NCBI GenBank assembly: GCA_964016885.1
Contig: OZ024744.1
Span: 35,898,001 to 35,962,000 of the forward strand
Direction of reading: 5' to 3'
DNA: 64,000 nt
From: Eledone cirrhosa
Lineage: Eukaryota
Under the pieces are notes generated by a model. That model ran no database searches and had not been told where the DNA came from. It worked only from the letters and a program-made list of their open reading frames with translations. Both the position numbers and the translations under genes were made by a program. Positions 11,552 through 23,409 of the stretch are shown piece by piece (position 1 is the first letter of the stretch; each line of letters begins with the position of its first letter).

Positions 11552-14036
11552 AGATAGAAACAACAACAACCACCATGATAACAATAATAGCAACACACAC
11601 AACTATGACGATAGAAATAACGACAACCCCTTAGAGAAACTATTTTTCAACCCAGCTGACAAAACATATAAGATGGGTAATATCTATCCTACGAGGTTAC
11701 CCTTTAATAAAAGAGTTTACATACCACAGCAAATAGATGACGAGACGGAGGCACAGTTCACCATAGCTAGAAATAAGATTAGACAAGTAGTAGACAGGTA
11801 CACTATGAGACAGAGCAGACCAGAGGCCCAACAACTTGGGATAAAACCTGTAGAAGGCTTGGTTAGCCTCAAGCAGCGCACAAGGGATGGTGAGGTAGTG
11901 TGTCTACCCACAGATAAGTCTGGTAGGATGTCAATAGATAGCATGCCGAACTACATCGAGGCAATGCAACCCGACATCACCAACACGAGCGAAGTTGCAC
12001 AACTAACACACGATGGGAGAGAAAAAATCCTCAACGCTCACATGATGATGTGGACTGACATCCTAAAGCCAAGCAGACGCACTGCCAACAACTTCCAGGC
12101 GTCTAACAATGGCATACCACCCTTGTATGGGCTCCGCAAAGACCACAAGACAGTCGACGACCCGACAACAGGACCACCAACAAGACCCGTATGCGGAGCT
12201 AATATAGCTAGCAACTACAGGATCTCCTACTTCCTCTCAATGGTTATACGCCCCATAATCAAGATGTCCCCAGATGTATGTGAAAGTACAGAGGACCTCC
12301 TCAGCAGAATCAGTGAGTGCATCAAAAACAGGAGCCTATCCAACTGCATAATAGGCAGCATGGATGTGGTGTCACTGTACCCATCCATTAACATTGATTT
12401 TGCTGTGAAAAGATGTGTGGAGATGATCATTGAGAGTGAGGTGGAGTTCTGCGACGTCGACACAGACGAACTGGGCCTCCTACTTAGACTTACCTACGAC
12501 ACTGACTACCTAGACAGCCATGACCTTAGATGTTTCTGCCCTAGTAGACCTATAAGAGGTAGACCCCCCACCATAACCTCAATGGCTAAAAAGACTCCCA
12601 TAGGAAGGTGGATTGGGTGGACCAAAGCTATACGGACCCCCCAAAACACTGATCAGGTAAGAAAAATGGTCGCACATGCAATAGGGGCTAGTATCAAAAC
12701 TACCCTAAAGGGCCACATATTTAAGTTCAATGAGAAAATCTACACCCAAAATGAGGGAGCAGCCATCGGCGTCAGCATAGCTGGTGATGTTGCCAACCTT
12801 TTCATGGTATGGTGGGAAAGGAGACTTAAAGATCTCCTCCTTAATGAAAGCTCCATAGACCTCATCATGTACTCTCGTTATGTAGACGATATCAATATAG
12901 TTATAAGAACACCCCCACTAGAGAGCACTAACAAGTTTGATTTAGAACGTAGCACGATGGAAAGCATCCAGCAGATAGCTAATTCCATACACCAGAGTAT
13001 AACTGTAACTATAGACTTCCCTTCCAAACACCCTAACAATAGACTACCTGTATTAGACACAGAACTCTGGATTAACACTATAGACGAGAGAGCCCAAATT
13101 CTCCACTCACACTATGCTAAACCCATGGCCTCCAAATACCTGATACTCAAAAACTCAGCAATGTCCAGTAGTGCTAAGTTTAATATTCTGATCGCAGATT
13201 TGGTACGAGTGATGAAGAATGTGTCCAGCATGTGCGACCCAACAGAAATGGAAGGACACATCCAACACTTCATCAACCGCATGCAGTTCTCTGGCTACAA
13301 CCAAAGAGACAGAGTCAGAGTATACGAAGGAGCCATGGAAAAGTATAAGACCCTCATAGAACTGGACATGAAAGGAATTTGCCCACTATACAGGAGCAAA
13401 TCATGGAATAGCTTAGATAGGGCTAGACATAAGATAGGGAAGGCCACATCATGGTACGACAACCAGAGATATCAGAGTGTCATGTTTGTGGACGCCAGCC
13501 CTGGAGGGAAATTAGCTAACCAGTGTAGAAAGGCCCTGAGAAAGACCCACTTAAAAATAAAGGTGGTAGAAAAGCCAGGAACCACCATAAAATCCCTGAT
13601 CAGCAAAACCTACCCTTTTAAGAAAACCCACTGTACCAATAGGAAATGTATCATATGTAAGGTGAACCCCCGGATAAACTGTAAAACTAGAAACGTAATC
13701 TATAGCATAAGATGTACAGAGGGTACTTGCAGAAACACGACAACAACATACATAGGTGAGACAGCTCGTAGCATAGGTGAAAGGATAGACCAACACTGGG
13801 GGGAACTAAAAGGACGAAAAAACGGGTCAGTACTATACGAACATGCTAGACAACAACATGACGGTAACATAGACAACATAGAAATTAGAATAATATCTAA
13901 ACATAGGAATGACCCAGCAGATAGGCAAATCAGAGAGGCCAGTGAAATAGAAATTAGAAGACCAAAGCTAAACAGAAAGAATGAGTGGAACAACAACAAC
14001 ACCCAAACAAACAACACTGACCTAAGAGAAGTATAA
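11550..14036 (+). CDS. PLE reverse transcriptase + GIY-YIG endonuclease, 5'-truncated, uninterrupted frame (right arm)
   Basis: Same motifs; about 7 aa differences from the left arm. The first ~46 aa of the 11412 ORF are antisense of the left arm, not PLE protein. Confidence 0.93.
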   Translation: MDRNNNNHHDNNNSNTHNYDDRNNDNPLEKLFFNPADKTYKMGNIYPTRLPFNKRVYIPQQIDDETEAQFTIARNKIRQVVDRYTMRQSRPEAQQLGIKPVEGLVSLKQRTRDGEVVCLPTDKSGRMSIDSMPNYIEAMQPDITNTSEVAQLTHDGREKILNAHMMMWTDILKPSRRTANNFQASNNGIPPLYGLRKDHKTVDDPTTGPPTRPVCGANIASNYRISYFLSMVIRPIIKMSPDVCESTEDLLSRISECIKNRSLSNCIIGSMDVVSLYPSINIDFAVKRCVEMIIESEVEFCDVDTDELGLLLRLTYDTDYLDSHDLRCFCPSRPIRGRPPTITSMAKKTPIGRWIGWTKAIRTPQNTDQVRKMVAHAIGASIKTTLKGHIFKFNEKIYTQNEGAAIGVSIAGDVANLFMVWWERRLKDLLLNESSIDLIMYSRYVDDINIVIRTPPLESTNKFDLERSTMESIQQIANSIHQSITVTIDFPSKHPNNRLPVLDTELWINTIDERAQILHSHYAKPMASKYLILKNSAMSSSAKFNILIADLVRVMKNVSSMCDPTEMEGHIQHFINRMQFSGYNQRDRVRVYEGAMEKYKTLIELDMKGICPLYRSKSWNSLDRARHKIGKATSWYDNQRYQSVMFVDASPGGKLANQCRKALRKTHLKIKVVEKPGTTIKSLISKTYPFKKTHCTNRKCIICKVNPRINCKTRNVIYSIRCTEGTCRNTTTTYIGETARSIGERIDQHWGELKGRKNGSVLYEHARQQHDGNIDNIEIRIISKHRNDPADRQIREASEIEIRRPKLNRKNEWNNNNTQTNNTDLREV

Positions 14037-14306
14037 ATAAATAAGTAAATAAAATAAAATAAATAAAATAAGATAAATAAATACATACACAAGCACATAA
14101 ACACACACTAGTCACCCAGCAGACACAACACTATACACACTAGTCACACATCACACATAACACTATACACACACGCAAACGCATACGCAAAGAAGACAAA
14201 ATAAAATAAGATAAACAAACAAGCAAATAAATAAATAAATATATAGACAGACTGAACAAAAAAAAATGGCGTAGACATACAACACAACAGGAGGAACAAT
14301 GAATAT

Positions 14307-14380
14307 AACACCACTGACGATGTTGCAGATGTGCAACGAAAGATTTATGTAAATTATGTAAACTATATATATATGTGTTT
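14307..14380 (+). ncRNA. Hammerhead motif in PLE 3' UTR/pseudo-LTR (mirror at ~8977-9049, minus)
   Basis: CTGACGA-t-gttgca gatg tgcaac-GAAA-g(a)tttatgta aat tatgtaaa c-TA; stems II and III pair, proximal stem I is weak. Confidence 0.55.
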
Positions 14381-14572
14381 GTCTATATTGTATCTGTATT
14401 ATTTTTGACCGCCGGTCAGTCAATGGCAACATTGAGGACCGAGTAAGTTAGATCGCAGATATATATATATAAAAGACAGCGAGAAGCGAAAACCAACCAA
14501 ACAGTGAGTGTGTTCTGTTATTAATTCTGGCAATATTACGCAAATATGACCCTCCCCAAATATAACAATATA

Positions 14573-14630
<58 letters not shown>

Positions 14631-14635
<5 letters not shown>

Positions 14636-15412
14636 GACGTAAAATAAGAAAATTATAAAAGTTTCACTCCAACTAATTAGTTTCTAAAAGGGAATAAACA
14701 TGGTTTCCGAATGGAACACATGGAGAAGACCTTTCGTCATCAGGAAGTCTATTCTCAGCTAAGTTCCCAGGCAATTCGTGGACACAGGGAACTTATACAA
14801 AAATAATTCAGTGGATGAAAATGAGCAAGCGTGGACTAAATTCCAAGACATTGAAAAAATCACTGCCTACTTGGTCGGTGGCAAATTCAAAAGAATCAAT
14901 CACGTGACATTGAGGTTAATCAGTGAGGAGTGGGGTGTTAAGAAGACAGTAGCCGAACTATTACTATGAACTATAGTAGCAGTTTTGGCAAATTTTGTTC
15001 AACAAAATAATTTGGAGATAATTATAAAGAATTAGTATATCTACCAACAGTGATTTTTTCAATGTCTTCGAATTTAGTCCACGCTTGCTTTTTTCTATCC
15101 ACTGAATTATTTTTGTATAAGTTCCCTGTGTCCACGCATTGCCTGGGAACTTAGCTGAAAATGGATTTCCTGATGACGAAAGGCCTTCTCCATGTGTTCC
15201 ATTCGGAAACCATGTTTATTCCCTTTTAGAAACTAATTAGTTGGAGTGAAATTTTAGTAAGTAAGTTAATTTTTATAATTTTCTTATTTTACGTCTTTCA
15301 TATAATTGTTCTGCATCCCCTTACATTGAACCACAAAGTTACTAAGACAAAACCTATATATTTGTTAGCATAGGTATGCATCTGTATATATATGTTGGTA
15401 GAAATACTAATT

Positions 15413-15417
<5 letters not shown>
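14631..15417. mobile_element. Non-autonomous inverted-arm element with one HHR in each arm
   Basis: 14631-~14873 inverted to ~15043-15302, right arm has ~115 nt tail; (TA)n flanks. Confidence 0.8.
15165..15247 (+). ncRNA. Type I HHR with branched stem II (mirror 14666-14748, minus)
   Basis: atttc-CTGATGA-c gaaagg...cctttt a-GAAA-CTAATTAG-TT-ggagt; palindromic stem III, GUU triplet. Confidence 0.75.
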
Positions 15418-15474
<57 letters not shown>

Positions 15475-15489
15475 TCGATTACAGCAATG

Positions 15490-15800
15490 GTCATGCACAG
15501 GAGAGATAATGGAATGATATTACCTGAGAAAGGTAGGACCAGCTTTATGCAACTGGATATTGCAGGATACTACTCCTCAATCTCGCCCATAGTGCTTAAT
15601 AAGGCTCTAATTTTAGCGATGCTCAATACAGACATAACCCGCGAGGAGGTAGGCATAATCCACACCGCCCGAAACACCATGATCCGTTTCGATGGGGATC
15701 TTTGGACCAGGAGTGATTGGCTAAATAACTTTGACATCACGATGGGCTCCAGCGACTCTGCACCGGTAACGGACCTGGTTGGACTCATCCTGCTGATGCA
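15490..15800 (+). pseudogene. PLE RT fragment (DITMGSxDSA type, Hydra-like group)
   Basis: [15 protein letters not shown]...[19 protein letters not shown], homologous to 21013-21996. Confidence 0.8.
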
Positions 15801-15852
15801 GATATACATATATATGTACACAATATATATATACACACACACACAGACACAG

Positions 15853-15913
<61 letters not shown>

Positions 15914-16247
15914 CACACACACATATATACACGTACGCATACACAGATACATATATATATACACACACATACACACGCATATATATATGTACATACACAC
16001 ACTCGAATACACAAATACATACATAAATATATATAAATATATATATATATTTTACCACCCCACTCCTTCCGACTAGCCTCAGTGTCACGTGATTGATTCT
16101 TTAGAATCTGCCATTTGACCAGAGACAGTGAACTTTTTCAGTGCTATGGAATTCAGTGCCCGCTAGCTGTTCCATCCACCGAATTATTATTATTTTTATA
16201 TGAGTCCCTAGTGTCCGCGCATTGCATGGAGACTTAGCTGAGAATAG

Positions 16248-16329
16248 ATTCCCTGATGACGTAATGAATTCTCGATGGTTACATTGCGTAACTATCTTTA
16301 TCCCATTACAGAAACTAATTAGTTGGAGT
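16248..16329 (+). ncRNA. Type I HHR, diverged relative of 15165-15247 (element ~16050-16390)
   Basis: attcc-CTGATGA-c gtaatg...cattac a-GAAA-CTAATTAG-TT-ggagt. Confidence 0.75.
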
Positions 16330-16385
16330 GAAAATTTTAGTAAGTAAGTTAATTTTTAATTTTTAAAATTTTCTTATTTTACGTC

Positions 16386-16420
<35 letters not shown>

Positions 16421-16427
<7 letters not shown>

Positions 16428-17775
16428 GTGAGGTCTTTTTTACAAAATAAAAAATAACCATGGTGTCCTACACGAGTGAAAGTATAAAGAAAAAGAGATG
16501 AAATCGAAAATGCAACTGGAGCCATATTTAAAAATATATATATATATTTATTTGGTTCCTTTACCGGTTTCGCAGTTGTTCTGCTTTTCAAAAGTTGAGT
16601 TGAGATGGAGATTCTGTGGTTTTTCTCACATCTGGTTGGTCTTTGAATGTTACTTGTTTTATATGGAAAAAAGTGGCTCGAAACGCCAGGTTTTTAGAGA
16701 AGTAATTTGATTGGTTTGTCAATAATTATAATAAATTTCGCGCCAGTTCGCGTTACAAAGTTCTTCAAACAGGGGGGGGGGGGGCTCAGTTTGTTTTTTC
16801 ATATATGAGTGTTTGAATTTCTTTTTACTTAAAAAAAGGGGCTCACGAAGGCTTTTTTTTTAAAATAAACGTAATTTGATTGGTTATAAATGAAATTATG
16901 GCTGTCACGTTAACATGTTTTCATTAAATTTCGTGCCGGTATTTTGAAATTTATTCTGTAGCCTTTTTAGAGAATGTCAAGACAAGCAAAAGATAATGGT
17001 CAAGAGAAATGGGATGGGAGAATTGTTCTGGTTCAGTGAATATGGTTAGTTCGCTGGGGTGTTAGATTTTCGATTTTCTATTGAAATAAAGAAAGTAAAG
17101 ATATGTATGTTTATTTGTGTGTTTGTGTGTGTGTGTCTGTATGTATAGGAAGATGATTCTATTAGTAGAAATGGGGGAGAGAGTTGTGTGTGTGTGTGTG
17201 TGTGTGGGAGTATGTTAAGATGGAGAGAATATATATATTTTGTGTGTGTGTATATATGTGTGTAGGAAAGTGATTCTATTAGTAGAAATGGGGGAGGGAG
17301 TTGTGTGTGTGTGTGGGGGGGGGTGTTATGTGTGTGTATGGGTGTTATGTGTGTGTGGGAGTATGGTTAGCATGTTAAGATGAAGAGAATATATATATAT
17401 ATATATATATTGCGTGTGTGTGTGTGTGTAGGAAAATGAATCCGTTAGTAGGAATATTTTTGAAAAACAACCTGAGCACCCCCTCCTTGTTTGAAGAACT
17501 TTGTAACGAGAACTGGCGCGAAATTTATTATAATTATTGACCAACCAATCAAATTACTTCTCTAAAAACCTGGCGTTTCGAGCCACATTTTTCCATATAA
17601 AACAAGTAACATTCAAAGACTAACCAGATGTGAGAAAAACCACAGACCCCCCATCTCAACTCTACTTTTGAAAAGCAGAACAACTGCGAAACCGGTAAAG
17701 GAACCAAATAAATATATATTTAAAAAAAATAATAAGACTCCAGTTGCATTTTCGATTTCATCTTTTTTTCTTTAT
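16421..17775. mobile_element. Inverted-arm element with U3-A8 variant HHR in each arm
   Basis: ~16484-16768 inverted to ~17492-17775; left arm ~60 nt longer; (TA)n flanks. Confidence 0.75.
17665..17700 (+). ncRNA. Minimal HHR with TTGAAAA core (mirror 16559-16594, minus)
   Basis: ctt-TTGAAAA-gcag aacaa ctgc-GAAA-CCGG-TA-aag. Confidence 0.65.
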
Positions 17776-17794
17776 ATATATATATATATATATA

Positions 17795-18027
17795 AACAAC
17801 CGGACGGTTGTTCATATATGAACAACCGTCCGGCTGTGAACCCAACCAACCAACCGGAAATTTATTTTAAAACATTTTTTTAATTTTTTTAATTTATAAT
17901 AAATTGGAGTGAAAGCGACTGGTGCGTGTGTTTCTTATTGACAACAAGACCCTCCCAAAGTATAACAATATCGGTTTCAACACACGATTTCAGATAAAGA
18001 ATCTTGCTAAACAAATTCAGAAACGAA

Positions 18028-18029
<2 letters not shown>
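17795..18029 (+). mobile_element. Short diverged copy of the 3' terminus of the 8731-14573 PLE family, with 5' palindrome
   Basis: 17948-18020 aligns with reverse complement of 8735-8808; perfect palindrome 17800-17833. Confidence 0.65.
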
Positions 18030-18110
<81 letters not shown>

Positions 18111-18115
<5 letters not shown>

Positions 18116-18928
18116 TCAGCTAGAATCGTATTTCGGCAGGGTCGAAAACAAGCGAAACGCAATATCCTAGTTATGCTGGCAAGCGCTCCATGGACCAAAA
18201 AGAGACCAGAGAAATAAACATAGGTTATAAAGGCCAAACAAACTGAGATGGCGGTTGAGAAGCTAGCAACCACCTAAGCCAAAAAGACGAGGCAAGCTAA
18301 ACAGGTCAAACAAAATTCATGAAATATACACCCGGACCCCCGGAATGATGGTATAATCCAGTACAGGGTTTTTGCGACACCTAAATCAATTATACTGCCT
18401 GCTTAAAATAATAATTGTTTCTACTTTAGGCACAAGGCCAGCAATTATCCAGTGCATTACTGGTACTTTATTTTATCGACCTCGTAAGGATGAAAGGCAA
18501 AGTCAACCTCGGCGGGGTTTGAACTCAGATCGTAAAGGGACGTAACTATGCTGGAAAGCATGGCGTCCGACCCTCTCCCGATACTGCCAATCCACCGCCT
18601 AAAATAAGAATCCACTGCTTAAAATAATAATCTTTTGGTATAATGATCGAACAAGGCTGTCACTTCGCCAACAAATATTTTGTTCTGCGCCAATGTTCAG
18701 AATCACACATTGTTATGTAGTAGTAAAATCACGTGTGTAACTCTACTAGGGGAAACCCCAAGATTTTGGCAGATTAATTCCGTATATGTAAAATCAATGC
18801 AATAATTGCAAAAACTGCACACATCGAATTAAGCTCTCGACCAAGTAGTTTTAAAGTAAACTTAAGCGATTAATAAGTCAATAGAAGTACCTAAAAAAAA
18901 TTAACTGGTTAGTTGTTTGACTCGGGAG
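18111..18928 (-). mobile_element. ~640 bp family copy interrupted by SINE (~18412-18600, minus)
   Basis: Homology to 7092-7730; CTGCTTAAAATAATAAT repeated on both sides of the SINE. Confidence 0.75.
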
Positions 18929-18985
18929 ATATACATACATACATACATACACATACATACATACATACATACATACATACATACA

Positions 18986-19017
<32 letters not shown>

Positions 19018-19100
19018 CTCAAAGTTAGGATATATATAGAAATACGTACAAAATTATATATATATATATATATAAAATATATATATATAAAAATTTATAC

Positions 19101-19156
<56 letters not shown>

Positions 19157-19940
19157 TGGACATATATAGATATACGTACATAATTATATACACACACACA
19201 CACACACAAACACACACACGCACGCATATATATATATATATAGACATATATATATATGTGTGTGTTTGTGTGTGTGTGTGTGTGTGTATAATTATGTACG
19301 TATATCTATCTATCTATCTATCTATATATATTTATATATATATATTTATATATATATATATATATAGACATATGTATATACATAAAAGAAATTCATATAC
19401 GTTGATATAAAATATATACATATGTAAGTATATATATTCACACGTCAAAAAACTACATATACATTAATATATAGACATAGGTACATATAATCAGATAAAG
19501 GCGTACAAACATGCGTAAACACATGTATATAATTAAAGATACATACCCGTACATATACATACACACAATATATATGTATATATATATATATACACGCACA
19601 TACACACAGACAGCCACACACACATATATATATACATACACACACATATATATATACGTACGCATACACACATACGCGTAAATATATACATGCACACACA
19701 CACGCAGGTATTTACATATACATGCATACGTAATACACATTCAATGTCCAAAAGATTATAGGTAAAGACGGAAGCAAGATATATATAAAAAAGACGGATG
19801 CAAAGATGCACATAAAAGCGCATACATGCATACACAGGCATATGCGAACATGTATATACACATGCGCTCACACATGCATATACACATAGACATGCATGCA
19901 TATAAATACACACGTATACGCATGTGAACGCATAAACACA

Positions 19941-19976
<36 letters not shown>

Positions 19977-19979
<3 letters not shown>

Positions 19980-20189
19980 ATAATAATAAATTTGAAGACT
20001 AAAATCCAAAGAGGGCTCGATAAGGATAAATATATGTCAGATATATAAGAGCCGTAGAGCAAATATTTATTAAAATAACAGATAAAAGTTTAAGCAAAGA
20101 ATCGCCGCTTTCACCCTTAACGGGAGTTTCAGAAGATTCCTTTAAGCAGCGATTCTTTGCTTAAACTTTAATAAAACTTTAATAAATAA

Positions 20190-20195
<6 letters not shown>
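19977..20195. mobile_element. Inverted-arm element of the CAGAAGA-HHR family
   Basis: Homologous to 50901-51232 and 31690-31795; left arm carries the tail. Confidence 0.7.
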
Positions 20196-20259
<64 letters not shown>

Positions 20260-20689
20260 GCATATACATATATATATATAAATACACTTGCAGAGTAAAT
20301 TGATGTGTATACACAAAAGTTATGAATAATCACGTATACATAAGGTAAAAGTACATAAATATATATTTCAGCCATAGACGGAAATATATTTATATGTATC
20401 TATGAATATGTTAAGTAGAGTGGAGTTACCGGTGTTATAATAAAGAATTGGTATATGTGAAAAGGGTATAACTCTTAAATAGTAAGAAGTGTTTAAAGCC
20501 TCTGATCGAGAATGAAATGTGGAAGGAATGAGAGTAGTCAATGTGTGTGTGTGTTAAATGTATGACACAGAATATGTAATTATAATAAATATGTTAATGG
20601 TTTTTGTGTGTTATTGTTATAGTCATAAAGAAAAAGAGTCATGGTGGTGAGTGTAAAAACTATTTCATAATTGAAAAAAAGTTCACGGT

Positions 20690-22160
20690 GGTTGAGAATC
20701 CAAATGTATATTATGTTTATTCCAACAGGATGTCTGGACAACTTCTGAAGATCACAGTTTTAGAATTGAGACAAGTATTAGGAGGTTTCAGATTTTGTAG
20801 GATTCTATATTTCTCGGTTATGCTCAAAGAACATTTTTTAGCGCCTTTCTCATATTCTTTTGAGTTGTCTAAAATAGACCAATCAATGAAATATGGAATC
20901 TTACGTTCTTTCATCTCCCACACTCTGTTTGCTAGCGCCGTAGTTTTCTTTTTTTCTGGGTGTCTGAAGGAAGCGACATATGTGTAGTATCTAAGTTTGA
21001 ATCTGTCTTTAGTCATACCGATATATCGCTCACTATAGCTGGTGGGTTATTGTTAACAGGTGTTACGATCGATTTGGTGTTACATTTGCCCTGTAAAGGA
21101 CATTCTTCTGCATTTCTGCAAGAACATCCTGGATTTCCGTTCTGGATATTCGTGTTGGTGATCTTGGATTCCAAGGATGGGCAGCAAGAGTCGCTAATTT
21201 TAACTAAATTTCTATTAAAGATTTTATTGTATCTATGCTGTAGGTGGAAATGTTTGTCTAAAAGTTCAAGAAATTTTCTGCCTACGTTAGTTTTAACTGT
21301 TAAAGAAAAAGGTGGAGTAAACCATATTATTTTTTTTCTTCTATTATGTTTAGTAGTATTAGAAGGAGAAGGTATATATTCGATTTGTTCGTTGAAACCG
21401 CTATTTTTAAGCGTCTTATTATAATAAGGGGTTGCTTTATTAAACATTTCTACAGAGGAAGATAGAGTAGATATCTTACGACTAATATTAGGAATAAGGT
21501 CTTTAAATACTATAGAAGGGTGGCAAGACTCTTTGTGTATATATTTTAAATTTTCGTTAGGTTTATGGTAGCGTTTAAAAGAAGCAGTAACTAAATCAAT
21601 ATTGATATCGAGGAAGTTAATATTAGTTAGATTAGTATCTATAGTAATTTTAAGGTTTAGGTTAGAAAAGGTTTTAATTAAATCTTCATGAAATTTGTCA
21701 AGATTATGGCCGTTGGTGGTTTGAGAGACTGCCAATTCATCGTCTCGGTATAAACCGATAGTATGGTTGGGAAATATCTCTTTAGGAGTGTGGAGGAGGA
21801 ATAATCCAACTAAATCGCACACATCGGCACTATCAAAAGAACCCATAGAGACATCAAAAGGATTTTCTGGGTTTGATTTTTTTAGCCAGGTTTCATCTTT
21901 AGCAAAAAGTAAAGTTTTTTTAGCATGCAAAATAAGATCTTCCTCTAAATTAGATATATTAATACATTGTCTTGCGAAATCTAATGCTTTAGCCAATAAG
22001 GAGTGAGTGGAGTGATAGATAGGAAGAAGTCTACTATATCAAATTGGGTAAATTTACACTTATGTTTCTCTTATATATTATTATACCAAGATTTAACAGA
22101 AGAAGTATTTAACCATTGGAATAATTCTGTTTTAGTGCTTATTTGATAGATTATATTTTT
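20690..22160 (-). pseudogene. PLE RT-GIY-YIG remnant (YRDD type, Hydra-like group)
   Basis: FDVSMGSFDSADVCDLVGLFLL, IGLYRDDELAV, INFLDINIDL, IIWFTPPFS, CSCRNAEECPLQGKC, CSLSITEKYRIL; frameshifted. Confidence 0.9.
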
Positions 22161-22176
22161 TAACAGATTATATTTT

Positions 22177-22207
<31 letters not shown>

Positions 22208-23409
22208 CGTTTAAGGCAATCCAAGTAGAGGTCATGAGTACTCTGTATCGAGCATAGTTCTAACGTTCGGCGTTGTTTGACTCAACAAGATGCTTACTTA
22301 GTTGTGGTGTTTTGATGGCCAATTCCATATAGTTCCCAGGTAAGCGGTTCCTGGATTATTAATAATAAAGGAGTAAAGAATAACACGGATCGGCTGTACA
22401 GTAGGGTTTATTCCAAGTATTAACAAATGTTTCATTAGTTCGGTGTGTCTAAAAACCGCTGTCCGCCGTATGCCGCGGCACTCGATTTTAATTACAGTTG
22501 ACACCCAACGAAATTCTCAAATACTGATTTGATTTAGATACTACAGCGCTTTTGTATTTATAGTTACGTGAAAAATAACAAGAATAATAATAAGAAGGAA
22601 CGTATAGTAAGGAGGGGAATATTAGGATAATGGCATGAAAAAATAGTAATAATAATAACATCAACATGAATAAAATGTGGTATGAAAAGACAATAAGATA
22701 AAAATAGGAATAAAAATAAAAGTAATGAATATAATAAAAATACCAGTAGAGTTGAAAGTAAAGATAGGAAGTGTTCAGTGAGTACATAAAGTAACTGGAC
22801 ATTGTAATAAAGTGAGATGAGATGAACCGAAAGGATAATGGTGACCGTGCTATAAAGTGGGATAAGATGAAATACAGAGATAAAACAGAAAAATATAAAA
22901 CAAAAAGATAATGATAACAGGTGGATAATTAGGATTGAGCGGTTTTCTGAAAAGTATAATCTTAATGGGTAGAGGAGTAGATTGAGGGTGATATTGGCTA
23001 TAAAGGGTGATTGATGCTATACGTGAGGGAAAGGATTTGAAAGGGTGTGTCTTTAAAGAAGGAATACTTAATCACTGAGGAATTGACAATTATTCTTGTA
23101 TCTGATTGGTCAGGAGTTTATTATTTTGCATTCTGCTGGCTGGTGGTGTAGCCTTTGAGGCGCTAAGGAAAGTTGTGCTCGTACGGTGTTTAATCATTAA
23201 CGGTGATAAAGAGAGACTAAAGTGGTTTGGTGGCTCCAATATTGCAGATGATATAAATGCGGGATTTGTGTTGTTTATATGGATTGTGAGGTAGCTGGAT
23301 TAAATCTTGATTATCTCAGTTTGTAATCTGAAAATTTACTAGCGGCGTTGTGCCTACAGCAAATTGTCCGTTCGATTTTGCTATTAAGTAGCAAGGAAAT
23401 TCTGGAAAT

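Larger units (their letters stand above)
8731..14573. mobile_element. Penelope-like element as head-to-head inverted pair inserted in (TA)n
   Basis: ~8786-11553 is the near-perfect reverse complement of ~11803-14571; unique spacer ~11554-11802; (TA)n at both flanks. Confidence 0.95.
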
